Source of the DNA: Octopus sinensis | Lineage: Eukaryota | Assembly (NCBI RefSeq): GCF_006345805.1 | Contig: NC_043001.1 | Span: 24,490,001 to 24,554,000 of the forward strand | DNA: 64,000 bases | Direction of reading: 5' to 3' | Shown: positions 38,481 to 51,730 of the stretch, one piece after another | Numbering within the stretch: position 1 is the first letter of the stretch | How the letters are laid out: each line of letters opens with the position of its first letter | The notes under the pieces: generated by a model | Database searches by the model: none | What the model was told of the DNA's origin: nothing | Seen by the model: only the letters and a program-made list of their open reading frames with translations | Position numbers and translations under genes: made by a program

Positions 38481-39421
38481 TAAGCTTTTTGTTCTTGAAT
38501 GCGGAGTTGGTTGTATATGAAGTTCTCTTTCATACCTGCCTGCAATACAACACCAAGTTATGTTAACAAGGTTTATTTTGCGTATGAAATGCTGAGATTT
38601 TTCAAATGCATTCTGTGCCGAGTTGTAGCATTGCAGAAGGTGATAAAAGCACTCCTGATTTTGTTGTTGTTTTTGTAGCTGCTGCTGCTGCTGTTGTTGC
38701 TGCTACTGCTGAAAACGACCATAAATTATATTTATATGAAGTCTTTGATTAACAGCACTGTTTTATTGTATCTTTCTGGGTGCCAACTTTAAAACACTTA
38801 ACCTTTTCAAGCACTTTAAAGTTCAAAAGTTTTATGTAGAATTTTGGCATTTTCTGTCGTTTATAGCCAGTGTTGGAAAGCATGTTTCTATGTACTGAAT
38901 ATTCATTGTTCATCTGATATTCCTGCCAGAACTACTTCGTCTTCATTGCTGGAATATTGTCTGCAGGACAAATTTATTCCGTAATTTCAAGTTGGTTGGG
39001 TGAATTTTGAATGAGATTTGGCTGCTAATTCTCACATGTCAAACAAATGCTACTTCAAATACTTTCGACACTTTGCAGTTGATAGCAACAGGACATTTCC
39101 TCCACATTTTGCCATCTATATTCATAGCTTGGACAACAGCCATGCACAAAATGTGATCTATTTCTAGCAGAAAGGGAGATCTTCTTCGTAGCAAATAAGC
39201 AGTTACAGCTTATCTTGTTTGTTACTTCTTCTGAGCATTTATTTTTATTTTGTGTATGTATGTGTGTGTGTGGTGTGTGTGAGTGTGTGTGTGTATGAGA
39301 TAGATATTTATCTCACCTTCCTTCTATCAAATTCCATTCTCATGGCACTGGTCAACCCAAAACTATAGTAGAAGAAATTTGTCCTTGGCATTGTCCAGCA
39401 AGATTGAATATAGAACCATGA

Positions 39422-39905
39422 GAAATCGAAATCAAATTCAATGACTGGCATCCATGCTAGTGGAGCGCTAAGAGTACCATATGAGCGTGAGCAACAAGCT
39501 GGAGCAACAAGCTGGCCTCTGTGTCGATGGCATATAAAAAGTACCATTCGAGCGTGATCGTTACCTGCATCGCCTTACTGGCACTTGTGCTGGTGACATG
39601 TGAAAAAACATTCGAGTGAGGTCATTGCCAGTGCTGCTGGACTGGCCCCTGTGCAGGTGGCACATAAAAAGCACCATTTCCGCGTGGCCGTTCCAGTACC
39701 ACCTGACTGGCCCTCATGCTGGTGGCAACGTAAAAGCCCCCACTACACTCTCGAGCAGTTGGCGTTAGGAAGAGCATCCAGCTGTAGAAACTCTGCCAGA
39801 TCAGATTGGAGCCTGGTGCAGCCATCTGGTTTGCCAGACCTCAGTCAAATCATGCAACCCATGCTAGCATGGAAAGCGAACGTTAAACGATGATGATAAT
39901 GATGA
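39422..39905 (+). mobile_element. Family C element
   Basis: Consensus match; (GAT)n tail. Confidence 0.9.
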
Positions 39906-40732
39906 AGATGTGAAATTCTTAACCACTCAGTCATGACTGTACCCAGATATCAGTTACTTGAATATTTTCTCCTATTTGGTTAGCATAAATGTGTACTTAA
40001 GACATTACTGTTTCATTTTGTTTTTCTTTCCGATAGTTCCTCTCTTCATAATAGTTTTCCTGTTCTTTAACCAAATTTCAAGTATTTTTTAATCTTCAAA
40101 TTTCTCAATCTTTCCATGATAAGAAACATTCATTTTTTTAATACTTGTATCAAATCTGTATTGGCTATTTCTCTCCTTTGTAACATATTTGCAATGAAAC
40201 ACAAGGTAGTCACTCTTCTACTGCCTTACTTGTTTCAGTCATTGGACTGTGGCCATGCTAAAACAATGCATTGTTGAGTTAGCTAAACAAATTGGCCTCC
40301 AGTTTGTATTTTAAGTCTGAAACTTATTCTATTGGTTACTAAGTTATGGTGAATGTAATCAAACTAACACCAGCTGTCAAGACACATACATACATATATA
40401 TGTGCTTGCACGGAAAACGAATGTTAAACGATGATGATGATATATGTATAACAATAATAACGATAACCGATTACCTCCCCTTATCTATCTACTTGTGAAG
40501 TCATTCACTTGTGAATATCATCACACACAACATGAACAAAATTTCTTCTTAAGAAAAAATACATATTCAAATAAATAAAACATAATATCATGAATAGCGA
40601 TAACGAAACCGGTCGATATATTAAAAATTATATTAAAATTATGTAAGTGTGCATATTTTGTTTTTTTAATTCCTTATATACATTACAACTCACCACATGG
40701 GGATAATCGAAATTCCTCCTTTCTGTTACTAC

Positions 40733-40819
<87 letters not shown>

Positions 40820-41106
40820 GAAAGAAGGTTTGAAAATGCAATTTTAAAAGATGTTTATTTACTTTACTGGATTCACTTTTTTAGAAAAAGATTGTCAAAA
40901 GTAACATGTAAAAGCTTGGTTGTGTTAGGTACTGGTTGTCACAAAATATTACAATATATATATATACATTCTTTGATAATAAGAACATGTTAAGAACAGT
41001 TTACAAGGGAAAATATAAAAAGTTTAACAAGTTCATTAAAATATTGGGCACAAACCTTCTTTCATATATAATTCCACTCATGCGGTACCTTACAACTCCA
41101 CTTTGT

Positions 41107-41150
<44 letters not shown>

Positions 41151-42174
41151 ATATATATATATAGAGAGAGAGAGACAGACAGACAGACTTCTGCACAGTT
41201 TCCCTCTATCAGGTTCACTTACAAGAACTGGTTGTTCTCAGGCTATAATTAAAGACACTTGCCCAACCTGCTGTGCAGTGGGACAGAACATGAAGCCATA
41301 AGGTTGTAAAGTTAATTTCTTAATCACAAAATCTTGCTACAACTGTAAATATTGAAGGCATTTCTTCAATTATTTATAGGATTTTTTAAGTTCCTCTCTA
41401 CCTGGAGTTACTTTAAGAAAATTTGAATTACATTTACAATTTCAATTAATTCTACGCATTTTATGCATTTCAGCCCAAAGGCAGTGGCCATATTGAGGCA
41501 CTGCCAGACTTGTATGCATTCATTAAATGGAATTGGTAGAGAATTTCCTATATGTGTGACTCCTTTCAATAAATTAATTTACTACATGTGATAACTTGTA
41601 AGCTGCACTTCCCACCTCACAACTCCCAAATGTCTCAGAGAATCAGCTTGTGTCTCATAAACGTAAGATGAAGATTTAGGTTACTGGCAAATGGTAGTTC
41701 AAGAAAGTTGTCTGGCAAAAATAAAAGTGCATCTTATAATTTCAAGTACCATATAAACCATCCATTTCGGTACTTAAACATCCGTAGCTATATATATATC
41801 CAAGTCAGATGTTTTAAAGGTATATAGCAAATTGAGAAAATTAATTTAGCTATTTAATATCGTTAGCTAATTTGATATTATTAATGACTTCATTTCCTAC
41901 TTCTTCGTCTACGTGGATATTTCCCACTATTTTATTGTTTTAAATCTCTTATACTTGTCTGTGTATAGTGTTTTATAGCTACAACGCTGAGTTGATGCTG
42001 GCTAATTTAATAGACTAATTAATAGACTGCCAGCTGATTAATTGAATGATCTGTACTTCTTGCCCTTGATCTTGTGGTCCATGTTCAACACAGTATATTC
42101 ACTGGCCTGTTCAGCAAGCTGTTGAGAGATACCATGGGAGATACAACTTATTGTTTTGAATAGTTGCCAAAGTA

Positions 42175-42741
42175 TTGGCTTGTCCGGAAAGTTCGTGCCA
42201 ATATTTAAAGGAAAGAAAAAGGGCAATAAATACTTGCCATTACATTTTTTCATCAACCAAATACGAACCATTTTGTTGCACAATGCGCCTCCATCTTTCC
42301 TTTAACTTGAAAATACGCTCTTCCCAAAATTGAGGTGGTTTCATAGCAAAGAATTCATCAAGGTATCATTTTATGCCATCCAAGGAATTGAAATTTTTAC
42401 CATTAAGACTATTCTGCAGAGACCTGAATAAGTGGAAATCCGAAGGAGCAATATCTGGTGAATATGGAGGGTGGGGTAACACATCCCAGCTGAGCTGCAG
42501 CAATTTTTGTCTGGTTCCCAAAGCGTCAACTACCGAAAATGAACTTTCTTATCTTCCATTTTAAAGGGTTACAGAATTAACTCACGTTATAGGAACATAA
42601 ACCTCCTTCCATGGAAAGATAGCTTAAACTGTGCTCTAAATGGAGGTGTAGTCAAATCTTATTTCATGAACTCAACCATGTTCTAAAATAAGTCGAAAGC
42701 TAAGCTACTATAAATCGGCATGAACTTTCCGGACAACCCAA
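42175..42741 (-). mobile_element. mariner element, internally deleted
   Basis: TIRs TTGG(C/G)TTGTCCGGAAAGTTC(G/A)TGCC, TA TSDs 42173-74 and 42742-43; MEDKKVHFR start; WDVLPHPPYSPDIAPSDFHLFRSLQN...ERWRRIVQQNGSY. Confidence 0.93.
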
Positions 42742-42944
42742 TATATTATCACAGTTACGTATTTTCTCAGTCTCCTCAATGAATTCAAATTGTGCTATGA
42801 TATTATTGATATAAAATCTCATCATGTGCAACAGAAGCATCATTAGTATAAAATGGCAATCTGTGTGTCATAATTTATGCTGATATATCATGTAAAGTGA
42901 AATTAACTTTGGTATTCATCCTAAGATAACATTTCTTATAGATA

Positions 42945-43356
42945 GGCGCAGGATTGGCTGTGTGGTAAGTAACTTGCTTACCAACCACATGGGTCCAGGA
43001 TCATTTCCACTGCATGGCACCTTGGGCAAGTGTCTTCTACTATAGCCTCAGGCCAACCAAAGCCTTGTGAGAGGATTTGGTAGATGGAAACTGAAAGAAG
43101 CCTGTCGTATATATGTATATATATATGTGTGTGTGTGTGTGTGTGGGTGCATGTTTCTGTGTCTATGTTTGTCCACCTAGCATTGCTTGACAACTGATGC
43201 TGGTGTGTTTATTTCCTCGTTACTTAGCGTTTCGGCAAGAGACACCGATAGAATAAGTACTAGACTTACAAGGAATAAGTCCTGGGGTTGATTCACTCGA
43301 CTAAATGTGGTGCTCCAGCATGGCTGCAGTCAAATTACTGAAACAAGTAAAAGAGT
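42945..43356 (+). mobile_element. Family A SINE, full length
   Basis: Consensus match. Confidence 0.92.
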
Positions 43357-43929
43357 ATATACAGTGTTAAAGAATACTGAAATATATATCAGTAGCAAAA
43401 CTCCATACACATTTACTTCACCCCCAATTCTTCTCAGTAGAAGATGAATATTGTTCAGCATCAGTGGTAGAAATATGAGATGCACATTTCTGCCTTTTTG
43501 TGTTTTATCAGTAGCAAGTAGTCACTAAACATCATTTTGATTATGAGGGGTTAATCAAGATGACTTTTCCTACATTTACACATTAGCTGTGTCCTCATAA
43601 CTTGGTACATTATGGTACTCTCTGCAATATCCTTGATTTTATGCAAAACATTATTAAACCAAAAATATTTACTATTTTGTCTTTTGAAATGTGTTAAAAA
43701 TAAATGTAGATATATATGCACATGTGCATGCACACAAACACACACACACATGCACACAAACACACACATGAGAAGAGATATAAAACACCTTCATATGTGT
43801 TATAGAGTTTATTCATTCATGTCATTAAGAAATAATTTCTGTTACCTGAGTATATACACAAAGAAACTCCAAGTAACAAAAGACAGGAGCATAAGCAGTG
43901 AGTGAATATATACATACATACATACATAT

Positions 43930-44155
43930 ACATCATCATTATCATCGTTTAACGTCCGTTTTCCATGCTAGCATGGGTTGGACGGTTCGACTAGGGTCTG
44001 GGAAGCCAGGAGGCTGCACCAGGCTCCAGTCTGATCTGGCAGTGTTTCTACAGCTGGATGACCATAAGTGTAGTGGGTGCTTTTTACATGCCAGACCCCG
44101 TTTGAACCATCCAACCCAATGCTAGCATGGAAAACAGACGCTAAATGATGATGAT
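43930..44155. mobile_element. Two family C 3' ends fused in inverted orientation
   Basis: (CAT)n-tailed minus copy joined at ~44090 to plus-strand tail ending (GAT)n. Confidence 0.85.
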
Positions 44156-44189
44156 ATACATATACATACATATATATATATATATTAAT

Positions 44190-44740
44190 TGTATTAATAT
44201 ATATTATTCAATCCGAATTAGGGACTTTGCAACCTTCGAAACATATGTAGAAAATAATAAAAAGGAATTTTGTTAACTCTTCGTTCAGCTCCATTTCTTC
44301 CTACAATTAATATATAAAACTTCAAATTTCCGAACTAAGGCACGGATTTTATGCCCCATGGTCGTAACTTCAACCGTGCTTTTTCTGTTGTGATTTTTGC
44401 TACCCAGGTATCGGTTATCATTTGAATTATCCGTAATAAGATAATTCATTTATCTACTTCAATAATAAATATATATATATATATATAGTTCATTAGTTCA
44501 TTGCTAAACCTCGCTAAGATAAATATTTCAATTACCTGAAGATTGACTGTAACCATAACTCGAATTATTACGAATCGGACAGCCATGAAACGATCGTAGT
44601 GTTTTACTCATTATCTTTTATTAAACTTTTAATACTTTTGATATATATTTAAAATAATATAAATTAATTAATTTTATGTATTGGCTTTTTTCATTGTTTG
44701 ATTTGCCTAATAGTGGTTTTATCTCTAATTTAATATAATA
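44190..44740 (+). mobile_element. PLE-like non-autonomous element
   Basis: Tail TTGATTTGCCTAATAGTGGTTTTATCTCTAAT shared with 3240-3282; carries HHR. Confidence 0.65.
44533..44601 (+). ncRNA. Type I hammerhead motif, core intact
   Basis: TAC-CTGAAGA-TTGACTGT..ACAGCCAT-GAAA-C-GATC-GTA-GTG. Confidence 0.7.
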
Positions 44741-45303
44741 TATATATATACATATGCATACATACATACATATATTTACGCACATACACAAGCACATGTA
44801 TTGAATTTGATGTAATTCTATAATTCTATATACTGCATATAAAATAATATATAATTGCATAGAAACATGTCTTAAGCAGCTCAAATGTGCACCGGTAAAA
44901 TGTAACTATCAACAGGAAACATTAATAGAAGATGCTAATGGTGAAATAGCGATAATATGCTATGATATATGCACTGCTTATGTGCATGCATTAGTATGTG
45001 TGTTTGTATGTATCTGTGTGTATGCATGCATGTTGCATAGAGAACTGAAAGTCTGTAATCACATTTTAAAAATTTCTGTGAATTTCGTGTGCATTCTATT
45101 TGTTTGTTCTTAATCTTACTAAATTTCATAACTAGATTAGTTATAGTTTGTTAAACAAAAAAAAAACAACAAAAAAAACAAATAATAACAAAACAAAGAT
45201 AGTTAGGCATTTTAACAGAGAAATACAGTAAAACTCTTAGAAAATATAAATATTTACATTGCTATTCTGATTCAGGAATTCTAGTTATTTTTCAGTTATA
45301 CAA

Positions 45304-45327
45304 AAATAATAATAATAATAATAATAA

Positions 45328-45361
<34 letters not shown>

Positions 45362-45375
45362 TAATAATAATAATG

Positions 45376-45412
<37 letters not shown>
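45304..45412. repeat. (AAT)n microsatellite
   Basis: Direct reading. Confidence 0.97.
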
Positions 45413-45560
45413 GAGAAAGCAGAAATGAATTTATAATCTTTGCCTGAAATGCAGAACATATTTAAAGACTATTTTTCCCAAAGTTTAATTTATTTTTAGT
45501 TCAAAGCTAAAAACAAGTCTTTGTTGAAAATAACTTGATTTTTATATTTTTTCATATATG

Positions 45561-45618
45561 TTTTTTTTTTTTTTTCAGGTAAGTTCTTCAAGCTCTTGAA
45601 AATTGTGTTAAGGTAATT
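45561..45618 (+). promoter_or_regulatory. Candidate recursive splice site (3'SS fused to 5'SS) with 34-nt RS-exon
   Basis: T15-CAG/GTAAGT at 45578/45579; second donor AAG/GTAATT at 45612/45613. Confidence 0.5.
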
Positions 45619-45650
45619 ATTTTCTATACATATATAACATATATATCTAT

Positions 45651-45731
<81 letters not shown>

Positions 45732-46026
45732 TATATATATATTACAGTGTGGGTTTGAGATTTGAAGTGAAAAAAAAATTGCATGAAGTTCTGTATAAAT
45801 TTGTGTATATGTAAATTCACTTCAATAGATTTATGTGTGTGTGCATGTGTGTACATGTGTATGCATACACACACACCTTTGCACATGTACACATGAGATA
45901 CCATTTCATTATATGAAAAATTGCATGCTAGGAATTTGTTCTTGTTTTCATACTTCTCAGAAAACAATCACATTATTTCTTGTTTTATGCATGTATGCAC
46001 ATACAGACGCACATGTGCATGCATGC

Positions 46027-46067
<41 letters not shown>

Positions 46068-46084
46068 CGTGTGCATATGTATGT

Positions 46085-46315
46085 CATCATCCATCATCAT
46101 TGTTTAACGTCTGTTTTCCATGCTGGCATGGGTTGAACAGTTTGACTGAGGTCTGGAGAGCCAGCGGCTGCACCAGGCTCCAATCTGATCTGGCAGTGTT
46201 TCTACAGCTGGATGCCCTTCCTAACGCCAACCACTCTGAGAGTGTAGTGGGTGCTTTTTATGTGCCACCGGCACAAGGGCCAGTCAGGGAGCACTGGCAT
46301 CAACCACGTTCGGAT
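46085..46315 (-). mobile_element. Family C element
   Basis: Consensus match. Confidence 0.9.
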
Positions 46316-46464
46316 CAATGTGGTTGATGTAAATAATATACACTATACATGTATAATTTATATATATACATGTGTATGTATATATGTATATATGAATGTA
46401 TACACTTGCACATACATTCACACATACACATGCATTTATTTATATGTATATATGCATATATGTA

Positions 46465-46567
<103 letters not shown>

Positions 46568-46597
46568 CCTAGGGTGACCTGCTGTGCTTGAGGAGAC

Positions 46598-46915
<318 letters not shown>

Positions 46916-47131
46916 TCTTATTCAAACGCCTGGCAACCCTGGCCGCCTACCGTGAAATATAAAAAGAACTTTTTTCAGTTTATCATACTTCGATATGAAA
47001 AATTCTACAACCTTCCCTCACTGTAAATCACTTTTGTCCCTGAAATTGTTTTTATATTTACTACAGATTGCTTAAAGCTAACTTTCTTACTACACTTTGA
47101 TCCCTGGATCATATATATATATATATAAATA

Positions 47132-47376
47132 CAGTGTACAGTTAAACACATTAGAGGCATCCATCATAGGACTTCTTGCACGCTAGAGAGAACAGTTAAA
47201 TTCCAAAGCACTATTAGGAATAAAATTTTGAAGGGAATGCAAAATAAAAACTTTTACCATCTATTTTTCATTCCCTTCGAAATTTTATCTCTAATAGTTG
47301 TTTGGAATTTAACTGTTCTCTCTAGTGTGTAAGGAGTCCTATGATGGGTGCTTCTTATGTGTTTAAATGTACACTG
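47132..47376. mobile_element. Tc1/mariner-type fold-back MITE
   Basis: CAGTGTAC...GTACACTG ends, TA flanks, ~115-bp arms. Confidence 0.85.
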
Positions 47377-48094
47377 TATTTATATGAATAATATATAGTC
47401 TATTGACTAAATTTTTACATGCTAGGCCACTGGTAATGGAAATTTCTCATATTTCTGATTACCCTTTGATATTATTAATTACATGTATGATGTAAGTCAT
47501 CTTATTTGATTTACTCATTACAGTCCAGGCCCTGTTGGAGTATTATCTTTGGAGCTGAATGGTCTTCTCTTCGGGTGGGTGGGGTTTGTTTTTGTTTTCT
47601 GCGTGTATATCCTGTATTCTTATATTTTGTAGTGTTTTGTTTTCTTTGATTTCTATACATAGCATTTCTAATTCGTATATGTGTGTACGTGTGTGAGTGT
47701 GTATTAGCAGAGGTTGCTTTGCTCTGTTATATTCTTTTGCAGATTGCTACCTAGAATGCAAAATAGAAGAAACATTATGTTTCATAAACATTCAGGAGAA
47801 GCATTTACAATGCAACTGTAGACTTTTAAATACCAGACTGTTGCTGTGTAGGTTCCCCCATTTCACTGTTTGAGGAAATGAATTTTAGAATTAGGCAGTG
47901 CCTCCTGTTCCTCTTGATTATTCTTTGTTCTTATATGCTGGTGTTTGTAACAGGGCTTTTGAGAATCTTTGATTAAAATCTAATGAGGAGAGATGTAGCA
48001 TGTGAAAGCATTCACAGCAATTCAGCTGCCTGGATTTGGTTGCTCGCAGAAAGAATTCTGCGTGTGTGTGTGTATGTGTGTGTGTGTGTGTTTT

Positions 48095-48470
48095 ACTTTT
48101 CACTTGTTATAGTCAATGAACTACAGCCATGCTGGGGCACCACCTTCAAGGGTTTAGTCAGACAAATGTACTTATTGTTTTAGTATGGTATTTATTCTAT
48201 TAGTTCCTTCTACTGAACTGCTAAGTTATTGAAACATAAACAAATCAATAACGGTTGTAAACAAACCCTTACATTCTTACATACATACATACATTCATAC
48301 ATAATTATATATATATGCATATAAACAAGGTATTGGTCAACCTGAATCTTTAGTAGAGGTCAGCCCAAGGCTACAGCAGAAGACACTTGTCCAAGGTACC
48401 ATATAGTGGGACTGAACCTGAAATCATGTAGTTGTGAAGTAAGCTCCTTAACCAACAGCCATGCCTACGC
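48095..48470 (-). mobile_element. Family A-related SINE, older
   Basis: Diverged consensus match. Confidence 0.75.
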
Positions 48471-50331
48471 CTACTATATTTAACTATGTCACATTATGCG
48501 AAGAAAGAGGAGCAATGCCTATGACAACAGCCTTTACAAAATCCCCAACAAACCAGTGGGATCAATAAAACTGATACTCAACATAAAACCAGCTATAATT
48601 GAAGTATTATTCAGTTAAAGATAAGAATATATTACACAGTTCATTTAAACACCAAACATTGTCATAAGATCATACTACACCTATGGTGTGCTTTATGAGT
48701 GTTATTGCCTTTTAATTTATCAGATTGCTAGTAATTTTACTGTCAAATGTTTATATATGATCCACTGTGAGTCATTTATTGCCAAGCTATAAGCGTTTAA
48801 AAGACATTGCAATACACACTTTGTTTCTAGTGCTTTTTTTTTTTAATGGTTTCCTTTGATCTTTGAAAACAAATATAGCTTTAGGAATATTAATCTGATA
48901 CAAACCAAGTTGAACAACAAATATTTTATTTTCTTCGTTATCTATTTCTTTAACCTATCTTTTATCAATTATTCCATTTCATTTTACTTTTTTTTTTACC
49001 CAGTCTGCAATACTTCCCACAATGCAAAGTGTTTGTATCTTAACATTCCTTTCTACAACCACTTAGCTAAATTGCTCTACAATCTAGATTGATTAACTCG
49101 CTATCAATTGTTTTGGGTTTTTTTTTTACTCCCATTTCCATAATGTATTTTTTTTTTAATTAAACATTATTATAATAACAAGGATAAGGTTTCAGTTAAA
49201 AGGAATTCTTCAAGGTTACTCAAGTTCTTTTTTTGCTTCTGTTAAATGCTTTACAATAGAATTATTTTGGCCAAGTTGACTTTTGTATCTAGTCTTATTG
49301 AACCATAGCAATCAATAAAACTTGTTATGTATCTACAAAAGTATTCTATTAACGAGTTTATAGCAGAAAAAAAAAAATGAACATCCTTGGTTCCAAAGAC
49401 CAACAGAGCAAAATATGTTTTTCCAGTATAGTTGTCCTTACAAACCATAAATACATATACATTACTATTATCTCTGTCTAAATTGTTTTATCTATATCTT
49501 TATATTCACATGTTTTGTTTTTTTTTCACATAAGAACCACTATATCATCTATACCTATTACCTTTGAAATTTCATTTCATTACTTTGCTTTTTTTTTTAT
49601 TATTATTAAACATGTTTTCTAGTTTTTACTTTTTACAACCATAAAAATTTTCTTTCATATATTGTTTATATATGCTTATAATGTGCTTTTACATCCATTG
49701 TATTTTATGGTCGTACATAGTATGCTTAGCTATAGTAGATTTGTAATGCTGAAACAATTAAGAAGTGATTTTTGCATATATAGTATATGTGCACAATGGT
49801 AATGAATAGCATCATACTGAACAAGAAGACAAAGCACATGTCACTACTTCTCTCAATCTCATTATCGTTGTCATTGCTACTGTCTCTGTTTCTAGTCATC
49901 TGTTTGTCTGTTCATTTGCCTGTCCATTTGTCTGACCATCCATTTATCTATCTGTCCATTTGTTTGTCTGTCTCTCTGCATCTGTCTACTGATCAATCAC
50001 TCACTCACTCAATCCATCTATCTACCATTCAAGCTTTCATGCACTGGTTTGCTCTAAAACACTAACCTAGATATATAGTAAATATCAATTCCATATCACG
50101 ATAAAATGGTTAGCTTCTGAAAGATCACCTAACAGTAAAACAGTTAACGAAGAATATTTCAAACAGTTGGATTTTAAGAATCCTGCAACCTATTTGGACC
50201 ACAGTGAGAAAAAAAAAAAGCTTACAAAGATTATTAAAATAAAATACAATTATTTGGAATAGTTTAAATGTATCCCTTATAAAATGAATCACATATACTA
50301 TTATTTAACACAAATGAAAAATAGAGCAGTT

Positions 50332-50585
50332 AAGAATAGCCTGGGCTAAGTTTAGAAAGCTTCTACCCCTATTGGTGACAAAGGGCCTCTTGCTCAGAGT
50401 GAAAGGTAGATTATACAATGCATGTGTGCAAACTGCCATGCTTCATGGCAGTGAAACATGGGCCATGACTGCAGAGGACATGCGTAGGCTCGAAACAAAT
50501 GAAGCTAGCATGATCCACAGGTTGTGTAATGTCAGTGTGCATACACGACAGAGTGTAAGTGCCCCGAGAGGAATGTCGGACATAA
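50332..50585 (+). mobile_element. RTE-clade LINE ORF fragment (post-RT region)
   Basis: RIAWAKFRKLLPLL..KGRLYNACVQTAMLHGSETW..EDMRRL. Confidence 0.88.
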
Positions 50586-50666
50586 CATTTCCAATGATAA
50601 CACTTCCAATCAGTTAAGATCAGAAGCCATGAGAGCCACTGTCTGGTACTTTATTATTATCTGGGC

Positions 50667-50743
<77 letters not shown>

Positions 50744-50754
50744 TCACTGCCCAT

Positions 50755-50825
50755 GGGCATATGGCATAGTGGTTAAAAGCGCAGGCTACTAACCCCAAGA
50801 TTCCAAGTTCGATTCCAGGCAGTGA

Positions 50826-50887
<62 letters not shown>

Positions 50888-51046
50888 GCAACAACAACAT
50901 TGGAAAATACATTAGGAATGAGAACCCAGGTTCGAAATTTCCCCAAGACACCTGATGAAGGCTGGAGGGTATATCAGCCGAAATGTGTTAACAACAAACA
51001 AGATGAGGATAAATATCCGTCAAATGTAAATAATGTAAATAATGCA
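50755..51046 (+). mobile_element. tRNA-headed element with (AAT)n linker and HHR-bearing PLE-like body
   Basis: A box TGGCATAGTGG, B box AGTTCGATTCC, (AAT)n 50830-50886, CTGATGA 50952-50958, GAAA 50980-50983. Confidence 0.7.
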
Positions 51047-51730
51047 TAGAAATCATTAGATCATACCTTTAGAAGACTAGAGGAGTGTCTGACTTGGCAA
51101 GCTTTGGGTTGGTCAGAACCCAAAGTAAAAAAGGAAGGCAGGACACTTGTTGATCACCTTCTGAAGATCAACAAAGAAAGGACTTGAAGAGATGACATGG
51201 AACCAATGAAAAGAGAAACACAGAACAGACCATGCTAGAAGACTGCTATGGAAGCTTATGTGACATCAGGATCCAAACAAACTCTGTGTGTGTGTGTGTG
51301 TGTGAGTATGTGTCATGCACACACATACTTACGCATACATATTAGAATAACCTCTGTAAACTTTAATTAAATTATCGTTTCGCTCAGAGCACACCAACAC
51401 ATCTTACTTTAATATATTTTTACTAAATTTAATCTTGCTAATGCAAACTACCACTTATCTTCATGAATTCTAATGATTCAGTGTTTAGAAATTAAACTGA
51501 CAGATAAGTCTGTATCAAGAGGAAACAATTACGTTTACTAGCTAGTTAGATAGAAAGATATTTATCTACCTACATGCCTAGCCTCTTGCCAACCTACCTA
51601 CAAACCTACCCAAATCTATTTATCAATCTAAATAAATATCAGTCCATTCTTCTATTCTCCCCTGCCCCTTGTTGCTCTGCTTCCTCATCACCACGACCAC
51701 CATTGCTGTTTTAATATTTTTGTATCGTTA

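Noticed and set aside
41478-41516. Exon-like PKGSGHIEALPD with good splice sites
   Set aside because: Overlaps the GCGGCCATGCTGGGGCACCGCC SINE tail motif; repeat-derived
50755-50829. Possible tRNA gene
   Set aside because: A/B boxes present but acceptor and anticodon stems do not pair; SINE head
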